The position numbers were made by a program, and so were the translations under genes. Below are positions 20,154 to 29,060 of a DNA stretch of 64,000 nucleotides, piece by piece. The DNA comes from a bacterium (GTDB lineage: Archaea > Aenigmatarchaeota > Aenigmatarchaeia > CG10238-14 > SCSR01), in contig DAIDAX010000001.1 in assembly GCA_027310405.1 (NCBI GenBank), forward strand, positions 7,580 to 71,579, given 5' to 3'. The notes beneath the pieces were generated by a model. That model was not told the origin of the DNA. It made no database searches and saw nothing but the letters and a program-made list of their open reading frames with translations. How positions within the stretch are numbered: position 1 is the stretch's first letter; each line of letters opens with the position of its first letter.

Positions 20154-20672
20154 TCACTTTGAATTTTTTACAACTTTATAATGCAACTGAATTAAATTTT
20201 TAGAAATATTTTTTACATCAAGTAACTGTAATTTTGTTTCAAAATTTTCATCAGCAAACAATTTTATTCCTTTTCCAAAAAACATGGGTTCGATGTCAAA
20301 ATAAATTTCATCAACAAGATTCTTTTTCATAAAACTACTATTGAGTCTGCTACCTCCTCCGACAAGGGCTTCATTGAAATGTTTTGCTTTTATTTTTTCC
20401 AATGCTTCTTCGGGAGACTTCACAAAAATCGTGTTCGAACTTTCCGTGTTTTCTGGATGTTCTGTTACGACAATAGTGAACGGATTTCCTATTTCTTCAA
20501 AAGTGTTGTCTTCTTTCATTAGTTCATAAGTTCGGTGGCCTAGGATTATGTTTCCAATTTTTTTGACCATTTCACTATAATTCGCCCATTCTTCGTCAGA
20601 CCACGGTGTTTCATCATTCTCTTTTGCTATGTAACCGTTTACTGTCATTGCCATTTGAAGAACAACTTTCAT
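20154..20672 (-). CDS. dihydrofolate reductase / RibD C-terminal family protein
   Basis: MAMTVNGYIA, LGHRTYE, VGGG..LN, LVDEI...IEP..FGKG. Confidence 0.88.
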   Translation of the reverse strand: MKVVLQMAMTVNGYIAKENDETPWSDEEWANYSEMVKKIGNIILGHRTYELMKEDNTFEEIGNPFTIVVTEHPENTESSNTIFVKSPEEALEKIKAKHFNEALVGGGSRLNSSFMKKNLVDEIYFDIEPMFFGKGIKLFADENFETKLQLLDVKNISKNLIQLHYKVVKNSK

Positions 20673-21161
20673 TTATCTAAACCTCGGAATCCATCTTGGA
20701 ACTCTCTCTGTATAATTTACATAAGCTTTACCAAATTTCTTTGTTAACTCCTTCTCTTCTCTGTCGGCTTGAAAGTGCATGACTGGGATGAAAGCGAAAA
20801 AGAAAATCGACATGAACCAAGATCCGAAAAAAGTTGCGATTGCAAGAAAAGTTCCCGCGAATCCTAAATAAATTGGATGTCTAATTTTACTGTAAACACC
20901 ACGCGTTACAATTTTTTTGCTGTACAATTCGGGATGCAGTTTACTTTTTCCTGTGACAAGAAGTTCGCATGTTCCAAAAAAAATCAGAAGAACCGATGGA
21001 ATGAAAATTACAAAGCTGAAAACTGGACTAATGTAGAATGCAGTCAAATTAAAAATGCTGTCTAGTGTTCTCGCGATGCTTATTGGTACAATCCAACCCA
21101 GCAAAAGTACAAATGCAAAAAATTTCAGCATGAAAAAATTGATTTTACGTTTCGTCGCCAT
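20673..21161 (-). CDS. ICMT/PEMT-family membrane methyltransferase
   Basis: GVYSKIRHPIY, EEKEL..KFG..Y..Y..RVPRWIP. Confidence 0.88.
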   Translation of the reverse strand: MATKRKINFFMLKFFAFVLLLGWIVPISIARTLDSIFNLTAFYISPVFSFVIFIPSVLLIFFGTCELLVTGKSKLHPELYSKKIVTRGVYSKIRHPIYLGFAGTFLAIATFFGSWFMSIFFFAFIPVMHFQADREEKELTKKFGKAYVNYTERVPRWIPRFR

Positions 21162-21183
21162 TATACATCACAAAAAATTTGAG

Positions 21184-21258
21184 AGCTCGGGATGGGATTT
21201 GGACCCACACAAAACCGCTCTGCAGGCGGTCCCATTAACCGGATTCTGGCACCCGAGC
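21184..21258 (-). tRNA. tRNA-Cys(GCA)
   Basis: GCTCGGG/CCCGAGC acceptor stem; ACCGC-CT-GCA-GA-GCGGT anticodon arm; T-loop TCCAAAT; U73. Confidence 0.93.
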
Positions 21259-21379
21259 ATGAATTTAGAATAAGTTTTTCGAGAAGTTAAGCTACACAAA
21301 AGAATTAGTTTGTCAACAGCAAAAGCGACCACTCATTGTTCGCACCTAGAATTAGTTTAAATCCGCAGTATAAAAGATT

Positions 21380-21700
21380 TTATTGTACCAACTCTTCTGC
21401 TAAAGATTTTACATAATCATATCCGACTTTTGTAAAACCATATTTAACTAATGGGGCTCGTCCTTCTTCCTTCCGTTCAATTATCCCATAGAAAATCAAT
21501 TCAGTCAATCTGCTTCCAAGTATGTAATCACGTTTCCTGCTTACGATTCTTCGTACTCTTCCTGGAGATGCAACTTCTTTGATATCTGGTAAATGCAGCA
21601 AATCCGTCAAATTGAATCTTCCGTCCAATTCATAGTGTCCAATTAAAAATTTTGCAAAGTTAGTTAGGACTCCATGTGGAAGTTTTATTGTTTCTGCCAT
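21380..21700 (-). CDS. orphan winged-helix (HxlR-like) protein
   Basis: SRLTELIFYGIIERK...VKYGFTKVG wing pattern. Confidence 0.6.
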   Translation of the reverse strand: MAETIKLPHGVLTNFAKFLIGHYELDGRFNLTDLLHLPDIKEVASPGRVRRIVSRKRDYILGSRLTELIFYGIIERKEEGRAPLVKYGFTKVGYDYVKSLAEELVQ

Positions 21701-21732
21701 TGTTAACGAATCTAAGTTAAAATGTAAAAAAT

Positions 21733-22014
21733 TTAAGTTTTCTTTAGTTCGAGAACCTTTATTGTTTTTCCACATTTGCTGCAGTTGAATTCCGGTCTGT
21801 CCAATTTTCTCTTTGGTTTTCCGGAAGCAGTCACTCCCCTATTCATCTGGACTGTTTTGATTTCGTAAAAACCACAATGAGAACAGACATATTCGACTTC
21901 TGCGTCTTTTCCAGGAAGTTTACCGACAACAAGTTCTGGCCTGTTCGTGAAGAATTCAAAATTACTGGGACGCAAATTTTGCCCCATCCACTTTTTAATC
22001 AATTTACTTTCCAT
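21733..22014 (-). CDS. zinc-ribbon protein
   Basis: CSHCG and CSKCG pairs; directly downstream of rpl40e. Confidence 0.75.
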   Translation of the reverse strand: MESKLIKKWMGQNLRPSNFEFFTNRPELVVGKLPGKDAEVEYVCSHCGFYEIKTVQMNRGVTASGKPKRKLDRPEFNCSKCGKTIKVLELKKT

Positions 22015-22026
22015 AACTATCTCGAA

Positions 22027-22200
22027 CTACGCCAACGGCCTCTTCTTCGGACGCAATGCACGCGATCCACACTTTCTACATTTAACTTTTCCCAGTTTTA
22101 CTTTCGCAGGATCAGCACGCATCTTCGATTTGCAAAGTCTGCAGACATAAACTCTGTAATAAATTCTTGCCATCGCTTCAGGGAAAGTTTTCTTTACCAT
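22027..22200 (-). CDS. rpl40e: 50S ribosomal protein L40e
   Basis: FPEAMAR...VCRLC...CRKCGSRALRPKK. Confidence 0.93.
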   Translation of the reverse strand: MVKKTFPEAMARIYYRVYVCRLCKSKMRADPAKVKLGKVKCRKCGSRALRPKKRPLA

Positions 22201-22262
22201 AGCATAAAGTTTGGAAATCCAATGTTTAAATATTCGACTCGACACTTTTTTTCTTGACACAA

Positions 22263-22844
22263 ATGTTAAAATCTGAAATACGAATTCTCGGATTCGACGA
22301 CGGACCATTTTCGGGAAGGAGAGGAAAAGTTCCAGTAATCGGCGTTATTTATCGTGGTGGAAATTTTCTCGACGGAATTTTAAGAACCGATGTGAAAGTT
22401 GATGGGCTCGATGCGACAGAAAAATTGATTCACATAATCAACAACAGCAGACACAAAAAAGAATTGAAAATAATTATGACTGATGGACTAACTCTCGGCG
22501 GATTCAATTTAATCGACGTGAAAAATTTACACAAGTCAACCGGTCTGCCAGTAATTGTAGTTAATCGAAAACATCCAAACCTGAAAGAAGTTCGAACTGC
22601 ACTGAAAAATAATTTTAAAGATTTCAACAAACGATGGAAGATTATTAAAAATGCAGGAGAAATTAAAGAGATGCAGCTCAAAAACGGAACGAAAGTTTTC
22701 TACCAGAATATTGGAATTTCAGACGAAGATGCTGAAGATGCGATTGCGATTTCCTGCACTCATGGACAAATTCCAGAAGCTTTGCGAGTGGCTCACTTGA
22801 TTGTAACTGCGATTGTGAAAGGTGAAAGTTTCGGAAGAGCATAA
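22263..22844 (+). CDS. DUF99 family protein (endonuclease V-like)
   Basis: GFDDGPF, VDGLDAT, DGLTLGGFN, IPEALRVAHL. Confidence 0.9.
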   Translation: MLKSEIRILGFDDGPFSGRRGKVPVIGVIYRGGNFLDGILRTDVKVDGLDATEKLIHIINNSRHKKELKIIMTDGLTLGGFNLIDVKNLHKSTGLPVIVVNRKHPNLKEVRTALKNNFKDFNKRWKIIKNAGEIKEMQLKNGTKVFYQNIGISDEDAEDAIAISCTHGQIPEALRVAHLIVTAIVKGESFGRA

Positions 22845-22845
22845 G

Positions 22846-23226
22846 TCACAGATATTTTTTTGTCAGTGCTAGATAATCTTTAGCTATCTGTTCACTTTGC
22901 AGGTGAAACAAATATAATGATAATCCGTTTCTACGCTTTATTTCTTCAACGACAACAATACCAGCCACTCTGAGAGAAAGAGATGCTCCAGGATCAACAG
23001 CGTTGCGCAGCTGTGTGTAAGAAAGTTTTAGTTTTTTAAACAGTTCGCCTGATCTTACTGGATTAGACTCATAATTTTTATTTCTCTTCAAAGCTGTTAC
23101 AATTTTTATTTTGTTTGATAATCCGGCAGTGGAAATTGATCTTTTAATCATTGATTTTTCTAGTCTTACGCCAAAAAGATTTTCATATTCTTTTATGAAT
23201 TCATCGTAAGCCTCTGCATCTTTCAT
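22846..23226 (-). CDS. hypothetical protein (possible winged helix)
   Basis: Basic orphan ORF; SGELFKKLKLSYTQL...LRVAGIV resembles an HTH. Confidence 0.5.
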   Translation of the reverse strand: MKDAEAYDEFIKEYENLFGVRLEKSMIKRSISTAGLSNKIKIVTALKRNKNYESNPVRSGELFKKLKLSYTQLRNAVDPGASLSLRVAGIVVVEEIKRRNGLSLYLFHLQSEQIAKDYLALTKKYL

Positions 23227-23279
23227 AAAAACCAATCGGTCACTTAAAGTTTAAATTTAATCGGTTTGAACTTACATAA

Positions 23280-23903
23280 ATGAGTTTTAGAGAACAGTGG
23301 GGCAGACTGACATCCGGAACTCTTGGCTACATTATCTATGCGGTTCTCGGAATTTTTGCAGCGTATCTTTTCTATTTCGGCTCTGGATTTATTCTGCATA
23401 CCGATTTACCTTTTGTTGCAGTCGTTAGCGGTTCAATGGATCACGGAATAAATGATGCAGGCATACCATGTGTGCAAGTCTCGAACTACACAGAAAGTTT
23501 TGACAACTGGTGGCAATTGTGTGGATTTTATTATGAAGAATTTGGAATAAACAAAACAACTTTTGAAAATTTTCCATTCAGTAATGGTTTCAAGATTGGA
23601 GACATGCCAATCATTGAGGGCAGTAGTTCGTACAAGATTGGAGATGTAATTGTCTATACACCAGTAGATTGTAGTACTGGTATGATAGCTGAAAATGGAA
23701 CTCCTATAATTCATCGCATAATAAAAATTAATCCGGACGGCACTTATCAGACTAAAGGAGATCACAACTCAGGTCAAAACAACAAAGAACCAGCTAACTA
23801 TGAAGAATGCATTAAACCAAGCCAGATACACGGAAAAGTAATCTTTATATTGCCCAAAGTTGCTTATTTGAAGGTTATACTCAACAAACTGTTCGGAGTG
23901 TAA
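23280..23903 (+). CDS. signal peptidase I (Sec11/S26 family)
   Basis: VVSGSM, GDVIVY, IIHR, TKGDHN. Confidence 0.92.
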   Translation: MSFREQWGRLTSGTLGYIIYAVLGIFAAYLFYFGSGFILHTDLPFVAVVSGSMDHGINDAGIPCVQVSNYTESFDNWWQLCGFYYEEFGINKTTFENFPFSNGFKIGDMPIIEGSSSYKIGDVIVYTPVDCSTGMIAENGTPIIHRIIKINPDGTYQTKGDHNSGQNNKEPANYEECIKPSQIHGKVIFILPKVAYLKVILNKLFGV

Positions 23904-23909
23904 AACAAA

Positions 23910-24242
23910 ATGAAATTCTGCGAAAAAGACGGAAACTTGCTCGTTGTAAAACAGAAGAAGAGCGGACGCACTGTTCTTGTCTGCAGAAAATGCGGGCGAG
24001 AGTACAAACAGAGCGGAGAGAAGCTCATTCTTTCTGAAACTATGCACGAACCGAAAAAAGGAATAGTTGTTATGGGCAAAGATGAAATGAGTTCTGAACT
24101 TCCGTCAACGAAAATTGTTTGTCCTAATTGCGAGAACGATGAAGCTTTCTGGTGGATGCAACAAACTCGAACTGCCGACGAGCCTCCAACACTTTTCTAC
24201 AGATGCAAGAAATGCGGATATAGCTGGAGAAGTTACGGATAA
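23910..24242 (+). CDS. tfs: transcription factor S (TFS/RpoM)
   Basis: Two Zn ribbons; QTRTADEP.TLFYRCKKCG. Confidence 0.95.
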   Translation: MKFCEKDGNLLVVKQKKSGRTVLVCRKCGREYKQSGEKLILSETMHEPKKGIVVMGKDEMSSELPSTKIVCPNCENDEAFWWMQQTRTADEPPTLFYRCKKCGYSWRSYG

Positions 24243-24278
24243 AGAAGAAAGTAAGTTTTCATCAATGAAAGAAGAAAA

Positions 24279-24869
24279 TCATTCTGAAATTTTTTCAAGT
24301 TTTTCAAGCGCATCTAATTCGCTTGGAGAAAGATTTGGAAAATATTCAATAAATTTTCCATTAGTTTCAGTTCTAACCATGTCTCTGAGTTCTGACATGT
24401 AGTAAGATAAAGTTGGCTGATTTCTTACAAAAAATTTCAGTTTAGTTAAAAGTTGTTCAACAGAAAGACCTTCTGGATGCGCTCGAAGTTTCCGAATAAT
24501 CTCCCATCTAACTCGAGAACCTGCTTCGTAAGCTTCCAAACCTTCAACTGACTGGAGTAATTTCAATAAATTGTTTGTGGGTGAACTGTTAAAATATTCT
24601 CTGGCAATTTTTCCTCGCTGTGTCAAACCATAATAAGATCTTGTAGCTGATCCATCATCAGGAACTTCCCAACGACGAAAATTTTTAACTAAATCAGCAT
24701 GAAGAAGAGGTCTAGCATCTCTAGCTATACCATAAATCTTAATTCCAGTAGTTCTTGAAATTTCTGCCATTGGTGTTGGTATGTCAGTGTAAAGCGCCAA
24801 GAAAATACTTCTTGATGTTTCTCTAGCCAACGCAGTTGCTACCAATGGTAATCTATCTTCCAATCCCAT
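24279..24869 (-). CDS. tandem winged-helix (ArsR-like) orphan protein
   Basis: Two wHTH-like repeats: YYGLTQRG and RWEIIRKL...QPTLSYYMSEL. Confidence 0.6.
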   Translation of the reverse strand: MGLEDRLPLVATALARETSRSIFLALYTDIPTPMAEISRTTGIKIYGIARDARPLLHADLVKNFRRWEVPDDGSATRSYYGLTQRGKIAREYFNSSPTNNLLKLLQSVEGLEAYEAGSRVRWEIIRKLRAHPEGLSVEQLLTKLKFFVRNQPTLSYYMSELRDMVRTETNGKFIEYFPNLSPSELDALEKLEKISE

Positions 24870-24973
24870 ATTGATTATTAATTGGATAGAAAATTATTTA
24901 AAAAAATTTGGCGGCTTACCGAATATAATCCTAATAAAATATTTATTTATATCTAAAATTTGGAATTAACAAC

Positions 24974-25264
24974 ATGCCAACTCGTTATATTCCAAAGAAA
25001 ATTTCTGAGATTAAAAAAACAGATTCTACCATTTCTTTGGTTGGTAAAATAGTACAAATTTCGGAAAATGAATTTGTTTTACAAGATGAAACTGGAAGAA
25101 TTGGAATTTTTTCTGAAGAAAAAGTTGGAGAGGGAAAAATTGTCCGAGTTTTTTGTTCGACTGTTGACGGCAACTTGAAAGCCGATACAATTCAAAGCTT
25201 AAATGGTTTTGATGTAAACCTATATAATAAAGTCAAGGAACTTTATAGCAAGGCTGGATTGTAA
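24974..25264 (+). CDS. small OB-fold protein (RPA3-like)
   Basis: ISLVGKIV...LQDETGRI...GKIVRVF; immediately upstream of pcn. Confidence 0.75.
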   Translation: MPTRYIPKKISEIKKTDSTISLVGKIVQISENEFVLQDETGRIGIFSEEKVGEGKIVRVFCSTVDGNLKADTIQSLNGFDVNLYNKVKELYSKAGL

Positions 25265-26020
25265 ATGTTTAAAGCAACAATTTCAAATGTTGGTCTTCTT
25301 ACAGATTCTATCTCGACTATCGCTGAACTTATTGATGAAGGAATTTTCAAAATTGCAAAAGATGAAATTACTTTGTCAGCAGCAGATCGTGCGATGGTTG
25401 CTGTTGTAAAATTCAATTTGTCTGCAAAAGCTTTTGACGAGTACGAACTTGAAAAGGAAAGGGAAATTGGCTTGAACATTCCGGGGTTTCTTTCGGTTTT
25501 GAAACGTGCGACTTCACAAGATAAAGTCAGTCTAAACCTAGCTGAAAATAAATTACAAGTTGACATTCGTGGGAAAAGCAAGAGAAAATTTGTCGTACCG
25601 CTAATCGAATTAACGAGAGAAGAAATTCCGGACATCGAACAGCTGGAAAAAAATTTCACAACGAAAGTTCAACTCGCTCCAGAAATTTTGCAAAACGGAA
25701 TTGAAGACGCAGAAATAATTTCCGATTCGGTAATTTTTCAAGCAGAGCCGAAAAAATTCTTGATGAAGGCAGAAGGCGACGTGAGCAAAACGGAACTTGA
25801 ACTGGAAAGCGGAGATTCGGCACTGATTTCGCTTAATGCGGATGCGGAAGTCAAATCTCGTTATCCGATAGATTATCTTAAAAAAATGTTGAAGGCCGCA
25901 AGAATCGCTGACTCTGTTTCAATCGCGTTTGGACAAGATTATCCGATGAAAATTTCTTTTGTTGCAGGAGACAAAGCGAGCTTGGAATTTGTTCTTGCTC
26001 CGCGTGTATCTGAAGATTAA
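25265..26020 (+). CDS. pcn: DNA polymerase sliding clamp PCNA
   Basis: LIDEG.F, AADRAMVA, DYPM, FVLAPRV. Confidence 0.97.
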   Translation: MFKATISNVGLLTDSISTIAELIDEGIFKIAKDEITLSAADRAMVAVVKFNLSAKAFDEYELEKEREIGLNIPGFLSVLKRATSQDKVSLNLAENKLQVDIRGKSKRKFVVPLIELTREEIPDIEQLEKNFTTKVQLAPEILQNGIEDAEIISDSVIFQAEPKKFLMKAEGDVSKTELELESGDSALISLNADAEVKSRYPIDYLKKMLKAARIADSVSIAFGQDYPMKISFVAGDKASLEFVLAPRVSED

Positions 26021-26056
26021 TTGCCTACTTAAATTTTACTAAATTATTAATTGATT

Positions 26057-26515
26057 ATGTCAGATGAATCTATTCACGAACTTGCTGTAAAATTATACGA
26101 GGCCCAAATGGTCTTGGATTCAAATGTTCGTGCTGCAAAATGGAAAATGCGTGGAATGGGAATTGGGAAAGAAGAATCCATGCTTGCATCAATGCGACTG
26201 ATTGAAGAAAGCGGCGAGAAAATTCATGAATTTTTGAGTGACGACGGGAAGGTAGATTATTCGAAAATTCCTCCCGAAGAAAGAGATCCATATAAACAGC
26301 ACCGAACACTAGCAAGAGAACTTGGATGTGCTCTATTTGCCAATTACGATTCTCTGAGTGTAACGGATCAATACATCACACTATCGGAAACTCCGGAAAC
26401 AAAATTCAGATTTTCAATTGGACTTGTTATAGAAGGGAAGACCAACCCAAGAATGGAAGCTTACATTGATCAAAACGGAAAATTTGTATCTGCAAAACTA
26501 AAAGAGTACAAGTAA
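26057..26515 (+). CDS. hypothetical protein
   Basis: 152-aa ORF; no family recognised. Confidence 0.6.
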   Translation: MSDESIHELAVKLYEAQMVLDSNVRAAKWKMRGMGIGKEESMLASMRLIEESGEKIHEFLSDDGKVDYSKIPPEERDPYKQHRTLARELGCALFANYDSLSVTDQYITLSETPETKFRFSIGLVIEGKTNPRMEAYIDQNGKFVSAKLKEYK

Positions 26516-26669
26516 AAATAAGAAAGGGACGAAAGTTTAATTTTGTTGCATCACCTCCATCCAGTCGAAGTCCAAATATGTGAGTTATGTAGACTTTTTG
26601 GAATGTGGGTGAATAGAAAGTTCATACTCGGACCAAAAATATTTTTAGCATAGATGTATACACTGCTTG

Positions 26670-26695
26670 TGAAAATTGAATCTAGAACAAAGTTC
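26670..26695. promoter_or_regulatory. 26-nt repeated intergenic motif, copy 1
   Basis: TGAAAATTGAATCTAGAACAAAGTTC, 23/26 identical to 29015-29040. Confidence 0.55.
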
Positions 26696-26741
26696 CATAG
26701 AAAGTTAAACTTTAATTTGCAAAAACTCAACAGTTGATTGA

Positions 26742-27434
26742 ATGGTAGTAATAGTTCCTTTGTGGTTTTGGGAATTCAGCTCAACAATCTATTTTATTGC
26801 AATGGTTATCGGGATATTTCTGAGCTATTTCTCTTTCAAACTATACAACTTCACAAGTAAAAAACAACATCTACTTCTGCATATTGCATTTATTTTCATA
26901 GCTGCAAGTTTTCTCGCAATTTTCGTAGGGAATTTGGAAAGCTACTATAATTTTCAATCTTCCTGTAATCCAAACTGTATAATTAACCCAAACGATCCGA
27001 CATATTTCTGGATACGTTTCGGAAACTACGGATATTACTCAACTTCTCTGATTGGTTATGCATTTCTCGCACTTAGCTACTGGTACTCTGAAAAAAAGAA
27101 TCTTCGTTTTGCGTTGCTGCCGGCCGTCGGAGCAATTGTACAATCTCCAACAATTTACGTTTTGTTCCCGTTCGTCAACACATACTTCAACATTTTCCAC
27201 ATACTCTCGATACTCTTTGTTTCATACATCGTTTTATACACGCTGAAAAATTATCGAAAGACGAAAAGTTTCAACTCGTTGCTTGTATTGTCTGGATTCG
27301 TCGCGATTGACTTTTATCACTTGTTGATGTACCTCATTCCGTTTTATGCAGAAACTTTCGCACTCGCACACTTTGCACTCCTTATCGGTTTCGGTAGTCT
27401 GTTGTTCATGCTTATCCGGGTGAATAGGAAGTGA
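26742..27434 (+). CDS. multi-pass membrane protein coupled to a wHTH regulator
   Basis: About 6-7 hydrophobic segments; overlaps the next gene by 4 nt. Confidence 0.75.
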   Translation: MVVIVPLWFWEFSSTIYFIAMVIGIFLSYFSFKLYNFTSKKQHLLLHIAFIFIAASFLAIFVGNLESYYNFQSSCNPNCIINPNDPTYFWIRFGNYGYYSTSLIGYAFLALSYWYSEKKNLRFALLPAVGAIVQSPTIYVLFPFVNTYFNIFHILSILFVSYIVLYTLKNYRKTKSFNSLLVLSGFVAIDFYHLLMYLIPFYAETFALAHFALLIGFGSLLFMLIRVNRK

Positions 27435-27712
27435 ATCAGCGCAGATCCAAGCTTCAAGTCGTTGCAGATGTATTGCGTGTAATCGAGATGGAACAGGGTA
27501 GGAGAGTAAAACCTACACATATTTTGTACAAAGCGAATCTTTCTCACAAACTTTTGAAAGAACACTTAAACACATTGCTGCAAAAGGGATACATAAATGT
27601 TGAGATAGAAGGCAATCATACTTACTACAAGATCACTCCGGAAGGACAGAAGTTTATGCAGGAACTGCGAAAGATCGAAAAATTGTCACAAGCGTTCGGT
27701 TTGCCAATCTAA
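27431..27712 (+). CDS. winged-helix transcriptional regulator (HTH_45-like)
   Basis: RRSKLQVVADVL...PTHILYKANLS...YKITPEG. Confidence 0.88.
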   Translation: MNQRRSKLQVVADVLRVIEMEQGRRVKPTHILYKANLSHKLLKEHLNTLLQKGYINVEIEGNHTYYKITPEGQKFMQELRKIEKLSQAFGLPI

Positions 27713-27750
27713 AGAACAGGTTTTATTTTTAGTTCACCAGATTATTCATT

Positions 27751-28425
27751 ATGAAAACTATCGGAATACTTGGTGGGATGGGTCCTGTGGCCACCGCAGA
27801 ACTTTACAAAAAAATAATCAAATACTGTCAAACAAAATATGGAGCTGTACAGGACAAAGATTATCCACCAATCGTGATGTACTCTCTGCCGTTGAAGGGG
27901 ACCGACGAGACCGGAATAATCAACGAGTCTTCTGTCTTCCAAGAATTCGTAAAGGAAATAAAAAAACTGAAAATACACGGAGCAGATTTTGTAATCATTC
28001 CTTGCAACACTCTTCACACATTCGACAAAAGACTCCAGGAAGAATTGAGTATACCTTTGATGAGCATAGTCGAAGTTACTTCCAACGAAGTGAAAAATTC
28101 AAAAATGAAAAAAATTGGTCTACTAGCTTCCGAAACGACGTACGGAAACAACCTTTACGAATCGTATCTAGATAGTCTAGTTGTTCCCGACAAAAAAGAA
28201 AGAAAACAAATCTCTCAAGTTATTTTACATGTGATGGGCGGAAAGAATTCGCAAACTGACAAAAAAATTCTTTTGAAAATTATAGAAAACATGAAAGTTG
28301 ACGCAGTGATTCTCGGATGCACGGAACTGCCTGTCGTCCTAAATCAAAGCGACACAAAAATAAAAATATTCGATTCGCTAGAGATTTTAGCAAAGAATGC
28401 AGTTGATTATGCCCAGATCGCCTAA
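27751..28425 (+). CDS. aspartate/glutamate racemase family protein
   Basis: IGILGGMGP.AT; catalytic Cys motifs PCNT and LGCTE. Confidence 0.93.
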   Translation: MKTIGILGGMGPVATAELYKKIIKYCQTKYGAVQDKDYPPIVMYSLPLKGTDETGIINESSVFQEFVKEIKKLKIHGADFVIIPCNTLHTFDKRLQEELSIPLMSIVEVTSNEVKNSKMKKIGLLASETTYGNNLYESYLDSLVVPDKKERKQISQVILHVMGGKNSQTDKKILLKIIENMKVDAVILGCTELPVVLNQSDTKIKIFDSLEILAKNAVDYAQIA

Positions 28426-28494
28426 TCAGGTATGGCACAGCGCTGGAAACGCTGCGAGCGCAAGCTCTTGTGGGTTCAAATCCCACTCTGGGCG
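28411..28494 (+). tRNA. tRNA-Ser(GGA)
   Basis: GCCCAGA/TCTGGGC acceptor; CAGCG-CT-GGA-AA-CGCTG; long variable arm; TTCAAAT; G73. Confidence 0.95.
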
Positions 28495-28539
28495 CACCTT
28501 TTCATCGAACTTAAATAATTAATCAACTAACAAACAGTC

Positions 28540-28818
28540 ATGCCAACACAAAAACAATTACGAAACAATTTAATCGAACTAGAAGAGAGAGTAAGAAAAT
28601 ATTTTGATGAACATGTCTATGCTGGCTATACAAGACCTTTTCATCTGGAAGAAATCCAGATGTCACCTTTAAATCGTCATGTTCTTTATGCTGTACCTGA
28701 AGAAAAATTGGATGAAGAAATATCATCAATAGATAAAGCGTATGAAACAGGTTTAGCAGAAGTAGGTGCTAAATTGCATCTTGCAGTGAAATTACCATAT
28801 TGGGTTTACATGAAATAA
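28540..28818 (+). CDS. hypothetical protein
   Basis: 92-aa ORF downstream of a TTAAATA box. Confidence 0.6.
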   Translation: MPTQKQLRNNLIELEERVRKYFDEHVYAGYTRPFHLEEIQMSPLNRHVLYAVPEEKLDEEISSIDKAYETGLAEVGAKLHLAVKLPYWVYMK

Positions 28819-29014
28819 AAGAAGCCCACGAACTGACGAAACTTCCAAGTCACACTCTAGTGCTAAGACACTTTTTGTAGATTTTTCAGAATAAGAAGGT
28901 CGGATGAAAAAATGCAAATGAGGGTTGGGTGGGAGCCGAACCCTCTTTGGCTGGACTCTGGATGTGGATACATTCAGGTAGGTAACAATTAGTTTCGGGG
29001 ATATACCCCATTTA

Positions 29015-29040
29015 TGAAAACTAAATCTAGAACAATGTTC
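29015..29040. promoter_or_regulatory. 26-nt repeated intergenic motif, copy 2
   Basis: TGAAAACTAAATCTAGAACAATGTTC; GAAC-N3-GTTC palindrome. Confidence 0.55.
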
Positions 29041-29060
29041 AATATATTTCGGGTGTGAAA

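Noticed and set aside
21301-21358. 11-nt direct repeat AGAATTAGTTT upstream of tRNA-Cys
   Set aside because: Only two short AT-rich copies; not distinguishable from chance and not an array.
28830-28860. Hammerhead-like CTGACGA
   Set aside because: No stem II followed by GAAA and no closing stems.
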